Positions 34,202-45,700 of a stretch of 64,000 nt of DNA are shown here, piece by piece. The number at the start of each line of letters is the position of its first letter. The stretch's first letter is position 1. Below the pieces are notes generated by a model that did not search any database, was not told the DNA's origin, and saw only the letters and a program-made list of their open reading frames with translations. A program made the position numbers and the translations under genes. Source of the DNA: Babesia bigemina (lineage: Eukaryota); assembly GCF_000981445.1 (NCBI RefSeq), contig NC_027218.1:1674001-1738000 (forward strand). The letters run 5' to 3'.

Positions 34202-35427
34202 AGTTGCGAAGCCGAGAAGTGCACGCCGATTTTCGGACATACACCTGGTTCGATAATCGAGATTCTTTCAATGAAGCCGAGCAAACTCTTCGCGTACTAC
34301 CCAACGTGGATCACGAAGCACCCGGTATGCATCGACATTTAGCCCCTATGGGGTTTGTATTTTAACGTTTTCCGAGATGCGCTGACGCATCTCGTTGCAG
34401 GGGCTGCACGGAACACGGGTCCCGCAAATATTTCAATGAAGTCACGTCCGCGTTGTCCACCACATGGCGACGTACGTCGACATGCCCATTTTTCAGGTGG
34501 CATCGCGGTATTCGCTGCTGTGCTGGAATGCCATAAACGGAGATCTACGGTGTCAGCGGTTCGCGTAAAAAGACGCTGGCTGGCGGACAACAGGAACTAC
34601 TTTTCATGCATTCACGTTTGCCAAGCAGACAGTACAACGCTGGGCGCTATAGCCCTAATTTTTCAATATATATTTTTTAAGGGCACGGCTCGCATTTGCT
34701 AGCCACAGATTCTGCAATTCGCAGTGTATTAGTGAAAAGTGCCGGTGGATGCACCGCTCGGTGTCTCGTGAAGGCGATACAAGTCTGTGTTTTATCTTGT
34801 TATCGGAAGATTACCGGCGCTTTAAACCGTAAAATGATAGTATTATACTGTAGTATGCAAAAGCAATTGCATGAAAACAGCACATCGATGCAGCTGCGGA
34901 ATTATCATGAACGCTCTAGTCACCGCCAAGCGATACCTAAAGCAACGGGTAAGAGTATGGTGAAATGATAGCTACGCCGTTAAGATTTCGGTATCATAGG
35001 CACAGCTAATGCTCGATAGCATTAGCAATTAGTACGGAGTCACTGTCATTAGACATTATCGAGCCTTCCAGTGCATCCTTTAATGACTACACACGCGACC
35101 CAAAATAGGCACCTCGCTACTATAAATACAGCATTTTCTAACATAAATTGGCTACAAATTGCCAAGACAGCTGCTTATTCGACCTCCATCGCGAATTCGC
35201 ACGCACGTCACTGGCTCCCACCCCATTGTGCCGCGCATCTCTTGTGCGGAGGTAACTCCGCCGCGCAGATGGTAGGTGCGTAACGTTCTCAAAGACGCTT
35301 CAATTATTTTTGTAAGATGTTGTGTTCCTTCGTTGCCGAAATTGGCATGCGCCTATGATGCGCTGAAGGATTTGTTTGGTTTTTAATGCTTGCTTGTATA
35401 TGTATTTTTTAGTATTTTAGTTTTGCA

Positions 35428-36192
35428 ATGGGGGAAGAACACTTCTGGGTACCTCCACTTTTTTTTGTTTTACTGGTTATATATACTATCGCAATGAAGC
35501 TATGGCTGGTTCGTGTCAATCGCTTATTTGTTCAGCAATTGTTGTCGGAGTTTGACGGCGACGGTGTACCGACTGTAACGTTCGTATTGGCACATCCGAC
35601 CGATGAAACGTATTTCTTCACCCCTACGTTTGAGGTGCTAACGCGCTCCCCTTACGTAGCACAGCATGAGCTCAAAATTCGCCTATTGGTACTGAGCAAG
35701 GGTAAGTACGTCGGCAGGGGAGACGAGCGAACCTTCGAAATGGAGGCTGTGTGCAACATGTACAACGTGCTATGCACGATCATGGATGAACCCTACACAC
35801 AAGAGGGGCCACAGTTCTGGGACACTGAGCAAATAGCGACCCAAGTGGAAGATTTCTTGAAGCAACACGAATCGCAGGTCGTCATCACATTCGACCAGTA
35901 CGGTGCGGACTCAGATCCCAACCACATCAGCACATTCCATGCCGTTAACTCGTTGAAGGAGAAAATGCCCGATCTGAGGATCTGGGCGCTTCGGACCTAC
36001 GGTGTACTGACGACATACTCCGCGCCGTTTGCCCTTACGCGCGCTACGGTCGCTCGCCCCAGCGCAACCACGTTCACATTCAGCAGTACAAATAGGAACT
36101 CGAGGTTACACGTCAGCAGCTGGACATGGAAAACGCCTTTCCACACTTTCTTCAGCTCGTACAGTTACGCCAACTCGTACCTTTGTCTATGA
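35428..36192 (+). CDS. PIG-L-like paralog B, intronless, substituted catalytic residues
   Basis: N-terminal TM, FVLAHPTDETYFFTP, ITFDQYGADSDPNHI and SSYSYAN. Confidence 0.85.
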   Translation: MGEEHFWVPPLFFVLLVIYTIAMKLWLVRVNRLFVQQLLSEFDGDGVPTVTFVLAHPTDETYFFTPTFEVLTRSPYVAQHELKIRLLVLSKGKYVGRGDERTFEMEAVCNMYNVLCTIMDEPYTQEGPQFWDTEQIATQVEDFLKQHESQVVITFDQYGADSDPNHISTFHAVNSLKEKMPDLRIWALRTYGVLTTYSAPFALTRATVARPSATTFTFSSTNRNSRLHVSSWTWKTPFHTFFSSYSYANSYLCL

Positions 36193-36562
36193 GCTGTGCT
36201 CATCGCTATTAAAACCGATGTAATATGCTAAAATTAAGCATCGCCTCAATGCATAACACGTTGTTTTGTTTTGCTACGAGTTGGCTCCGCCGCATGAGGG
36301 GGCCCCTGCGGCATGCGTATCCATAATCGAGATGCAACGCAGACACTACCATGACGTGAAGCATGAACGGCAGCAAACAGTGATGTGCACCCACATGTAG
36401 GTTAATCAGAAAGGGCGTTGCAACCATTACTCAGACTACACGATTGATTGTTGAGTGACACTACCTCCGCTCGGCAAAGTATTCGCGGATGTCGCCATCG
36501 CTCTGCGGCGAGGACTTCTTGGGGATATGGGTGGTTGCCATGACCGACTGTGCAGGGTCGCC
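36190..36562. repeat. Near-identical direct duplicate of 42505-42878
   Basis: About 373 bp that align almost base for base from the PIG-L stop codon onward, with one 1-nt indel in a C run. Confidence 0.95.
36461..36562 (-). pseudogene. Orphan 3' end of the SNF2/PHD gene
   Basis: Encodes GDPA..MATTHIPKKSSPQSDGDIREYFAERR*, matching the C-terminus of 42777-48381. Confidence 0.85.
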
Positions 36563-36808
36563 ACCCTATGCCACTAGTTTGTAGCGGCCAGCCGCAATAA
36601 ATATACCAGAGCCCGATATCTGCCGGAGGTAACTAATGCAGTGATGATGTTATGCGCCAGCACTGAAGCCACAAGACTGTTCTATTTGAATGGACACTTG
36701 AAAGATGTCCCACAACAGCCTTAGTTTAATGGCCAATCCTGTATTGCTTGCATACTCCGCATAGTTCCACCCTGCGTGTGACATCTGCACCCAACCCGAT
36801 GAAGATCG

Positions 36809-37724
36809 TCAGTCCATCCTGGTCTTCAGCGTAGAGACGGTGATCTTCTCCGGAGTTATGAGGTGCACCTCTGCTCCCCAACCGGAGAGGCAGTCGCGAT
36901 CGATGGCGGCCATGAGGCACTGCGAAATAGTTTCGAAGAGCTCCGGCGGATCCATGTTGGGTCGGTAGAGGGACTCGCAGATACCGTACAGCTGCTCCGA
37001 ACACGTGCCTACCACCACAAAGTCGTCCGCATTGCAGGGCGCTCCGATGAGGTCAAAGCAGTAGAGCTTTGGCGCGTTGTGCTTGTCGAGCCCGGCAATG
37101 ATGCTGGAGACGAACCACGGTCCGAATCGCCGCGAGTACAGCAACGATCCCACCATGTGAGCGAGCGTTTTAACCTCCATCTTTTTCATGCAGTTCAGCT
37201 CGTACATGTTGGCCTTGAACTCGATTTCTCCCTTACTGCAAAGAATATTAAGATGAGGCTGCTTCAACCCACAGTGTCTGAACGTCGGTAGCGAGCCCGC
37301 AGGCGGCAAAGTAGGTGGAATCCGTGATCTTGAAGGCCTTAGGGAAGTTAGAGCTGATAGTATGCTGTCCGTTCAACCCCAGACGCTTGTCACATGCGAT
37401 GGCCACGCATCCGTTGCCGACCATGGCGACAACGGCGCCTCCGTTATAGCTCTCGATATCACCCTGACATACGATTAATCCACTCACGACGCGGCTCGTG
37501 CATACTAAACATAGATACACAAACGACAACGGAGAACTCTAGAGTGTAGAACGAACTGGTAACGGATATTTGTCCTCCGTTCGCAAACGTCCAAAGGCAC
37601 AGTTCACCGGCTCCAAAAATACAACGACGCATATATACTACCAATACACCATTTATATAGCCACAAATCATGAAACCAAAGCACTCTACCACGTCATACT
37701 ACGAAATCGCGCAGGCATTACCAT
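36809..37724 (-). CDS. PSMB3: 20S proteasome subunit beta type-3 (3 exons; introns 37464-37721, 37236-37272)
   Basis: YNGGAVVAMVG.GCVAIACD.RLG, GLATDVQTL, LYSRRFGP, DRDCLSGWG and LKTRMD*. The first coding exon is inferred to be ATG only. Confidence 0.93.
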
Positions 37725-39873
37725 GTTTCAGGAGGTATGTGCAGAATAGAAGAGCCTGGACGGGCTATCGTTGATGTCCCCTCTACAAGCCTCTATTTCA
37801 GAAAGCTTCGAGGACTCCTGGTGGCCGATTATTGTTCTGGTCGGCGGGGAAGTTCGATGTGTAGCGCGATGGGTTGTTGTGAGGATGTCCTCGCAGGCTG
37901 CAGCGCCGCACTCCGCTCCGTGACGCGACGCAGCCGACAGAACACATAAAACGTCCTTTTATGAAAAACTGCGTATAATTACCAGGTTGTCGAGATGTCT
38001 ACAAATTAACCTCGAGCTGTGACCTTGAGTCTTACCGAGGTTCGTCGAATTCCACTCGCAGCTGCCTGGTGCGATTCCTTAACGAATTGACACTATGCAG
38101 TGTTTTGTGATCTGGCGAATGTTGTAATTTCGATGCCGGTAACGTGAACCAACAGCCGTTATCGGCATTAATCTAAAAAGAACATCTTTGGTTTACCGCA
38201 ACCATTTTGAAGCGATTTAGCGCTATACACTCATAGTTCCAGTTGTTCATGTTACAATTCGTGTGAGAGGTCTTCTAGTTGGCAGGTGTTATCGTTTTTG
38301 GCGTCATTGTCTGACATGTTAACAGCAAAGGTTTGCAATGCGTAAACATGCCGTTTATTTGAGTGACACTAGGAACCCCATTCGCGTGACCCGGAAACGG
38401 TCGTAATGCCACATTGCCGCCATTGGTTAATATTATGAGACCAATCATTCTGCTTGTTAGTGACTCATGTAGAATGGCATGTTATCGAGCTGCGATAAAA
38501 CTCGCCAGTGAGCATCGACATCTAGTGGTTTCGTTTACAATTAACTTTACCTTTAATACAACAAAATGATTAATTACCATTAAAGGGTATAATAACCATG
38601 CAGAATAGAACCGACTCCGGCGACCGTAAATTGTTGTAGGCCACCTCAGTGGCATAGTGTTTGCATGATGTACCCGACTCCGGCTTCTAGTCATGTATAT
38701 ACGTCACAAAAAGTTTAAATGCAGCGCGACACGGAATTTGCCCTAAAATGAATGACCGCCTCAGTATGCAGCATTGGCCTGTGGTTCGCATTTTTGCGGA
38801 AGCTTCCCGATAAGATTTGAATCAACACAACAAACCATAAACACTATTGAGACGCGTATATTCAGCTCTAGAATGCAACAGTTGTGCGTCAGCTGATGTA
38901 GACCCTATCACTTAATCTGTCCTGCAGCGGAACTGAATAAAAGAAATGCACGAAACGCTCCAAAATGGGACAGCGAGTAGAGAATCATGCTGATCATAGT
39001 TAGGATGTGGCAACATTTTTGAACTGCACATTTACAGCCGTAAACGGAAAAGGTGTCTCAGAAGGTAATCACACACATGCATTTAAGGTTACAGTCGGAG
39101 TACAACTGTACCACATATTCGTTTACATTTGTATATACAATGCTAAAACCCGTAGAATTGCGATTTGACAGGGCTAGATGCCAAATGTGCGAAGGCTAAA
39201 TATGTATTAAGGTCTGAATATGTAGACATTGGGGTAAAAAGCACACGAACAACGCCTTTCAAAGTGTGGCATTACATTTATGTTAATCACATATTGTAAA
39301 GATACGCACATCGGCAAACTAGTCCATGCTTTGAACCGAATGACGGCAGGGGTCAGTAGACGACATTAACGTGTTTACATGTGGACCGTTGAAACGGTAC
39401 ATAGGTGCCGACATTTAACGTGATCACACACTTATGCAATAGTAATACAATACACGTGGAACTGCACTTACATTCGTAATGTGTCTACCATCGCACTGAT
39501 CACACGAATAACATTATGCCAATAGACGCCAAAGTGCCAGTTTATCGCTGCACATCCATTAAGATGCATTATAAATTATGACTGAATACGCAACAGCTTG
39601 GGATTCCTGTCCGTAATGTGTACGTCGAGGCTTTGAGGAGATCGCACAGTAGCTGGCAGCGATAACCCATTTTTAGAATTAGTTGCGGATCGGAAAAGAC
39701 TATCACATTGAATATATGCTACAATACGCTCGATGAGATGTTGTTAGTGTTTAAACAGCTCGTTGACTGGGTTTGTCTAACGAGGAGTCGTTAGACGAAT
39801 CCTGCTTTCAGGTATTCCCAAGCCACTTGCATAACCATTCAGACACGTCACCTATATATTCCCTGTGCTAAAG

Positions 39874-40665
39874 ATGAGGGGCTGGTTAAAATGGATTCTT
39901 GTATTCGCCGCGGTGACTCTAAAGCCGTGGATATCGCACATCAACAAAGGCTTTACGAAGGAGCTTCTAGCTAATTTCCCCAAGCAAAATGAAGCAGACA
40001 GAAGCATTGCCTTTGTGACGGCGCATCCTGACGACGAGAGCATGTTTTTGACTCCGTTGCTGGAGGTGCTAAGCGGGACCCCGTTAATCGTGGAGGGAAG
40101 GGTGCGTGTGGAGTTGCTTTCGCTGACTAAGGGTGAGTTGCGTTATGAATGCCATAAACGTGCATACGCATCAGGTGACTTTGCGGGTCTCGGAGACGTG
40201 CGCACTGCGGAGCTGTATGCGCTGTGCCGTAAGTACAGGATGAACTGTAGTGTGGTTGACGAGAGTGAGTGGCGGGACGGCCCCGCCGCGTGGGACGTCG
40301 AGAAGGTCGCCGAGCGCATCGAGGCGTTCGTGAAGGAGCGCCGCGTCGCCGTCATTTTCACCTTCGACCGCCAAGGCGCATCCGGCCACCCCAACCACAT
40401 CAGTGTACACAAGGCGGTAGTCAACATGAAGGGAAGGGTGGCAGGACTAACTGTGTGGCATCTACATACATACGACATTTTGAGCAAATACTTTGCTCCT
40501 CTTGCTGTTGTGCGTTCCCTGTTTGTCAGCCCCAGTCTTATACGCTTTTCGCCGTTGGATGTCATCCGGAACATGCGAGTGCACAAAAGCCAATGGAGGT
40601 GGTATTTGTATCTGTGGTCGTTATTTGGCTCATATAGTTACACAAACTCTTTCGACACACTATAA
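39874..40665 (+). CDS. PIGL: N-acetylglucosaminyl-phosphatidylinositol de-N-acetylase (canonical PIG-L/GPI12; intron 40133-40174)
   Basis: N-terminal TM, FVTAHPDDESMF, G.G..R..EL, FTFD..GASGHPNH and M..HKSQWRWY...SY.N. Confidence 0.93.
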   Translation: MRGWLKWILVFAAVTLKPWISHINKGFTKELLANFPKQNEADRSIAFVTAHPDDESMFLTPLLEVLSGTPLIVEGRVRVELLSLTKGELRYECHKRAYASGDFAGLGDVRTAELYALCRKYRMNCSVVDESEWRDGPAAWDVEKVAERIEAFVKERRVAVIFTFDRQGASGHPNHISVHKAVVNMKGRVAGLTVWHLHTYDILSKYFAPLAVVRSLFVSPSLIRFSPLDVIRNMRVHKSQWRWYLYLWSLFGSYSYTNSFDTL

Positions 40666-41754
40666 AAACGACGGTATGTAACTATCCTGATTTGTCAACA
40701 TTTAAAAGTTTATTGGATGGGGCAGAGGACGATCCTGTATTTGCTATGGATTTATCCGGTCATATCCACACAAATGTTTCAGGTTTTGTGGATCCATACA
40801 AGTTTTTAGTACACCCAAGTGGCAGCCATTGCAAATCACAGCGGCAGAAGGTAAGTCATGTTGGGAGATCCACAAGCGCCATACGGAGCTGACACCAGCG
40901 CGCTGGACAAGTTTGGTACCTTGGGAGCCACATGTTCCAAATAGCCTGCCTACAGCGCAGCGCAACAGGTATGACGATTGGATGTTCAGCTAACGAAGCC
41001 CATATGTTTGTGGTGTCATAGCTGCGAGATAAGACACTACTGCAACCAACAGATCGATCAATGCTACAAGACAAAGATATTCGACGATCTCTCGCGTACC
41101 GGGCAGCTTCCAGACGATTCACTAAAGAATCAGTCGGCGCATTGAACTCTCACGGTAAGCTCTATTGAACGTACGAGGGTGGCACTGTGATGTCGGATAC
41201 GACCAGACACCCGAAACATACGTGACGACGCATGCGCGAAATTTGCCTGTGTGTTTTCGATTCCTACTGCAGCCGACGGCAGATAAGTAAACGTGACAAT
41301 AGCGTATTATATTTATGCAAGCGTGCTCAGTGAATGCGCGAATGTAACGGCGGCAAGGGCGGAGTTCATGCCGTGCGACAGCATCGAGCCTTCCACAACG
41401 AGTAGTGCATACAAACTACACGCATAACCTTATATTGTTATACCAGCATTACTCATACAGCATTTAGTTGCAGAAATGTGCGACAATTTTGGTGTACATG
41501 TGACTTATCCGGCGACGTCTACAACACCTTCGCGCGCTTGCCAGTATCGCCCCATTGTACCGCGTATCAAGTTGGCGTTCTGCTTTTGCGTTCTGTAGAC
41601 GATAGCGAGGGTTGCGTCTCCGCCGTCGTGTTAAATTTTTTGTAAAAGGTTGTATTCCTTCGTTGCCAAAATTGGCATGCGCAAGTGACGCGTTGGAGGA
41701 TAAGTACCTTTAATATTTGTTTGCAGTTGTATTTGTAGTATTTTTAGTTTAAAA

Positions 41755-42507
41755 ATGCAGTCGGAATACTGGGGACCACCACTTATTTGTCTGTTCATTC
41801 TGGTTGTTTACTATGGAGTACGTTTCTATCTGAACAAGAAGAGATTACAGTTGGTCCCCTGGATGATATATGGGTTAGAGGGCAACGGTCCCCATGTTGT
41901 TTCCTTCGTCTTGACGCACCCGAACGATGAGGCGTACTACTTTTCGCCCACCTTGGAGATGCTGGGAGACTTCCGCCAGCAATATTCTTCAGTCGACGTT
42001 CACGCACTGGTGCTGTCCAAGGGTAACTACAGCGGCGAGGGAGACAGCCGCGTTTCCGAAATGCAGACCATTTGCAACAAGTACAAGATGCAGTGCACCA
42101 TCTTAGATGAACCAGACATGCAGATGGACACGCCGACTTGGGACAAGGACAGGATAGCTGAACTCGTCCAGAAATTCTTGGAAAAGAACAGCTCCAAGGT
42201 CGTTATCACGTTCGACGAACACGGTGTCAACTCAGATTCCCATCGCATAAGCGCGCATGATGCCGTTATGGCAGTGAAGGAAAAAATATCTGACCTGAGG
42301 GTCTGGATGCTTGCCAGCTTCGGCTCTGCTTCCGCGAACTTCCCGCTATTCGCTTACTTGGAAGCTATTTTCGCCAAAACCATTGCCTGTGTGCACTCGT
42401 TCGGTCCGGTGTACCAGAACGTCAAGATTCACGAAAGCGAGTCGTCCAGCGGCTTCAAGCTGTTTTTCAACTCGTACGGTTACGTCAACATCTTCAAGCG
42501 TCTGTGA
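41755..42507 (+). CDS. PIG-L-like paralog D, intronless, substituted catalytic residues
   Basis: N-terminal TM, FVLTHPNDEAYYFSP, GNYSGEGDSR..EM and ITFDEHGVNSDSHRI. Confidence 0.85.
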   Translation: MQSEYWGPPLICLFILVVYYGVRFYLNKKRLQLVPWMIYGLEGNGPHVVSFVLTHPNDEAYYFSPTLEMLGDFRQQYSSVDVHALVLSKGNYSGEGDSRVSEMQTICNKYKMQCTILDEPDMQMDTPTWDKDRIAELVQKFLEKNSSKVVITFDEHGVNSDSHRISAHDAVMAVKEKISDLRVWMLASFGSASANFPLFAYLEAIFAKTIACVHSFGPVYQNVKIHESESSSGFKLFFNSYGYVNIFKRL

Positions 42508-42776
42508 GCTGTGCTTATCGCCAATTGAACCGATGTAATGTAGTAAAGTTTAGCATCACCTCAATGCATAACACGTTGTTTTGTTTTGCTACGAGTTGGC
42601 TCCGCCGCATGAGGGGGCCCCCTGCGGCATGCGTATCCATAATCAAGATGCAACGCAGACACTACCATGACGTGAAACATGAACGGCAGCAAACAGTGAT
42701 GTGCACCCACATGTAGGTTAATCAGAAAGGGCGTTGCAACCATTATTCAGACTACACGATTGATTGTTGAGTGACA

Positions 42777-45700
42777 CTACCTCCGCTCGGCAAAGTATTC
42801 GCGGATGTCGCCATCGCTCTGCGGCGAGGACTTCTTGGGGATATGGGTGGTTGCCATGATCGACAGTGCAGGGTCGCCGCTGGGCGCCCTGCTGGAGTCC
42901 GCGCTACTCGATGTGGGCGGCGCTGTTGTGGCGTCATGTGATGACGCATGCTTTACCTTCGGGATCGCAATGTTCAGGCTGTCCGCCGGGGACAGGCCTC
43001 CCAGGCTGAGGGGCGGAATGCTATGCGAGCTCCTGTTGCTAATCACGGTTGGGCTGCCGACGTACCCCTCCAGCGAAGTGGTCGACGGTGACGACATGCG
43101 CGCCGGGAACTCAGCGCCGCCTGAGGCTACCCTCTTCTTCGCGGACTCGGCCGACGGTTGTGGCAGGGATTGCTTCAACCGCGGCGAATTAGGGATGCTC
43201 GCGTTACTTTGCCCAAACGAACTTTCGCTGCCGGTGCCACCCGCCGCCGACTTGTTGCCTACCGGCGCAACGCCAGGCGATGGGGGACTGACCGCGGACG
43301 CAAGTGTTGAGCTCGATAAGGCAGGCACCAGCTCCACCCCGCACTTGGAGAAGCAGTCCAACACGATCTTGTCCATGTCTTCCAGCGCGGTCGTGTAGAT
43401 GGCCTTCAGGCGGGCGTGCGGGATGGCGGCATAATCAATCTCGTTGGGCCCCTCCGCTCCCAGACTCTCCAACATCTCAACTGCGGCGGTCACACGCTTG
43501 CGGCGATCCTCATAATCCTGCATTTCCTCCTCGGTCAAAAGATCGCAACTGCGGCGGGTGTGGGAAAGCTTGCCGGTGAAGGCGAGCAGACACTTGGCGC
43601 AGGCGGTCTTTTTCACTACCTTGCCCGGAGCTCCGGACTGTGACTCCCCGCCCGTTACCGTCCCATCGTCCGAAGTTTGCGATAGGCCGGTTTGACCTTC
43701 ACTCGGCACCGTTACCTCCAGCTTGACAATCTCTTTGGGGAACGGGCACTCAGTAGGATACCGGACCGAATTGTGCAGCGGAAGCTTGCAGTTATCACAG
43801 AGCTGCAGAATTCGGTACGGCAAACGCACCGACAAAAAGTTCACCTCACGTTTCAAGCGGATGATGCCAGCCGCTTCGTCCGAGTCGCGCTTGGCGCGGG
43901 CGGCCTCGATCCGCTTGGTCACCTCCTCGATGAGGTTAGGCGGGCACAGGCGCTCGTACGCAGTCCTTATCCTGTTCTCGTATTGCGTTTCCAGCGAGCG
44001 GAAGTTGTCCAAGAACACTATACGATCCTCTCTGCGGCGCTTCCTGCTCTCCTTGTCGTCGACGACATCGCTGGAAGCCAGCTGCTTACGCAACTCACGT
44101 TGCTGCTTCTGCTGCTGCTCACGCTCCTCCTTCGTCATCTTCTTCCTGCGATCCTTCTCCTGGAGAATTTTGCACTTCGAACACAGGAAGAAGATCCAGT
44201 TAGAAGCGTTGGCGTTCAACCCACGCTGCGTCAGGGCGTAGTAGTAATCCTCGCCCACGTAGTGCCGGGTGTAGTCCGGAGGGAAGCAATCGTAGCAGAA
44301 GGCCGTTGGGCAGTTGGAGCAGTGGATAAGCATGTTGTCACACTGCGAGCTCTTGCGGAAGCACAGGCAGCACTCGTGCCACCGGCAGGTCCACGTTTTC
44401 TTGGGCTCCACCAGGCTCTCACAGACCTTGTGGTAGCTCTTGGGGCAGCGGAAGCACTGCACAAGCGGCCCATAATCGAGCTCGACGGTTACGCCGTCCT
44501 TGTCCTTGTAGTGCGCCTTGTGGTTTTTGGCGTAGCCGCAGCAGAAGCATCGGCACTCGTGACGTATGCTTCGGGTCTCGGCCCTCTTCCGGAATCCTTC
44601 GGGCACGTACATTGACGAAGGGCGGCGACGTTCACGACCGGACCGCCAGAGCAAACCACCGCTTTCGAGCTTGCGCAGCAACTCGGCTTTATCCTTGGCG
44701 GTGCTTAGGAGCTTCTTCACTTGCTTGTGGTCCAGCATGTCTGACACGCGGAGGTCGGCGCCTTCCAGGATGGTGGGAACCTCCTCTGCGACCTCACACG
44801 ACATGCTGGCATTGTCCGATTCCGCTGCGTCCTCCTCTTTCATGACGTCACTCACATTCACCATGTTGGGGTCAACTTCCTCCTGCAACAGGGAGACATC
44901 CTCGGTCTCGTCGATCTCGACGGAGTCATCCAGACCCTCCGGCGGCGTCTTGCGGCCACGCGCAATAATGTCGTCCAGGTACCACTCAGTGATATCCTCA
45001 CAATCCGTGAGCTTAAGCGCGTTGTTGCCGTGCATCATCATCTTCAGGATCGCGGCCGGGGTGAGCGACACTATCGGCGCCTCCGCCGCCTCCTCGTAGT
45101 CCATGGCCTGGCGGTTGGAGTTGATCAGCATCTTGTCCAAGTGGAGCTTCTTCTCACGGCACAGCGCCATGCGCTCCTCAACCGTCCACTCCGAGATCAA
45201 TTTCCAGATGTGCACGCTGCGCTTTTGCCCGATGCGGTGGGCACGGTCGATGGCCTGCAAGTCAATAAAGGGGTTCCAGTCCTCGTCGAACAGAATCACG
45301 TGGTTGGCAGCCGTGAGGTTGATACCGAGACCGCCCGCACGCGTGCTAATCAGGTATATGAAATAGGGGCTCGACGGCGAGTTGAACTCCCTGATGTCCA
45401 ACTCACGAATGAGCTTGTTTGTGGAACCATCCAGACGCATGTACTTCCACCCGCGGCAGTTGCAATAGGTCTCCAGCTCGTCGAGCACCAACTGGAACTG
45501 GGTGAAAACGAGCACCTTGTGCATCATAGGATCTTTGGACACCTCCGACTGGGAGGCTGCGGGGTCCGCATCGGCTGCCATATTGGCGCCCTTAGTTGCT
45601 GCATTCGCAGACTTCACTTTCTTCCCTGAAGTTTTCTTTACTTTGGCATCACTGCCCTCACGTTTTAATACTACACCAGCTGCTTCTTCCTTGACACGGA

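Noticed and set aside
35005..35026. 9-bp inverted repeat GCTAATGCT-CGAT-AGCATTAGC
   Set aside because: Short, not evident in the paralogous upstream region of copy D, and compatible with chance.
37750..39850. About 2 kb without a credible ORF between PSMB3 and PIG-L
   Set aside because: No repeats, RNA-gene motifs or PIG-L remnants were recognisable. Treated as a divergent promoter region.
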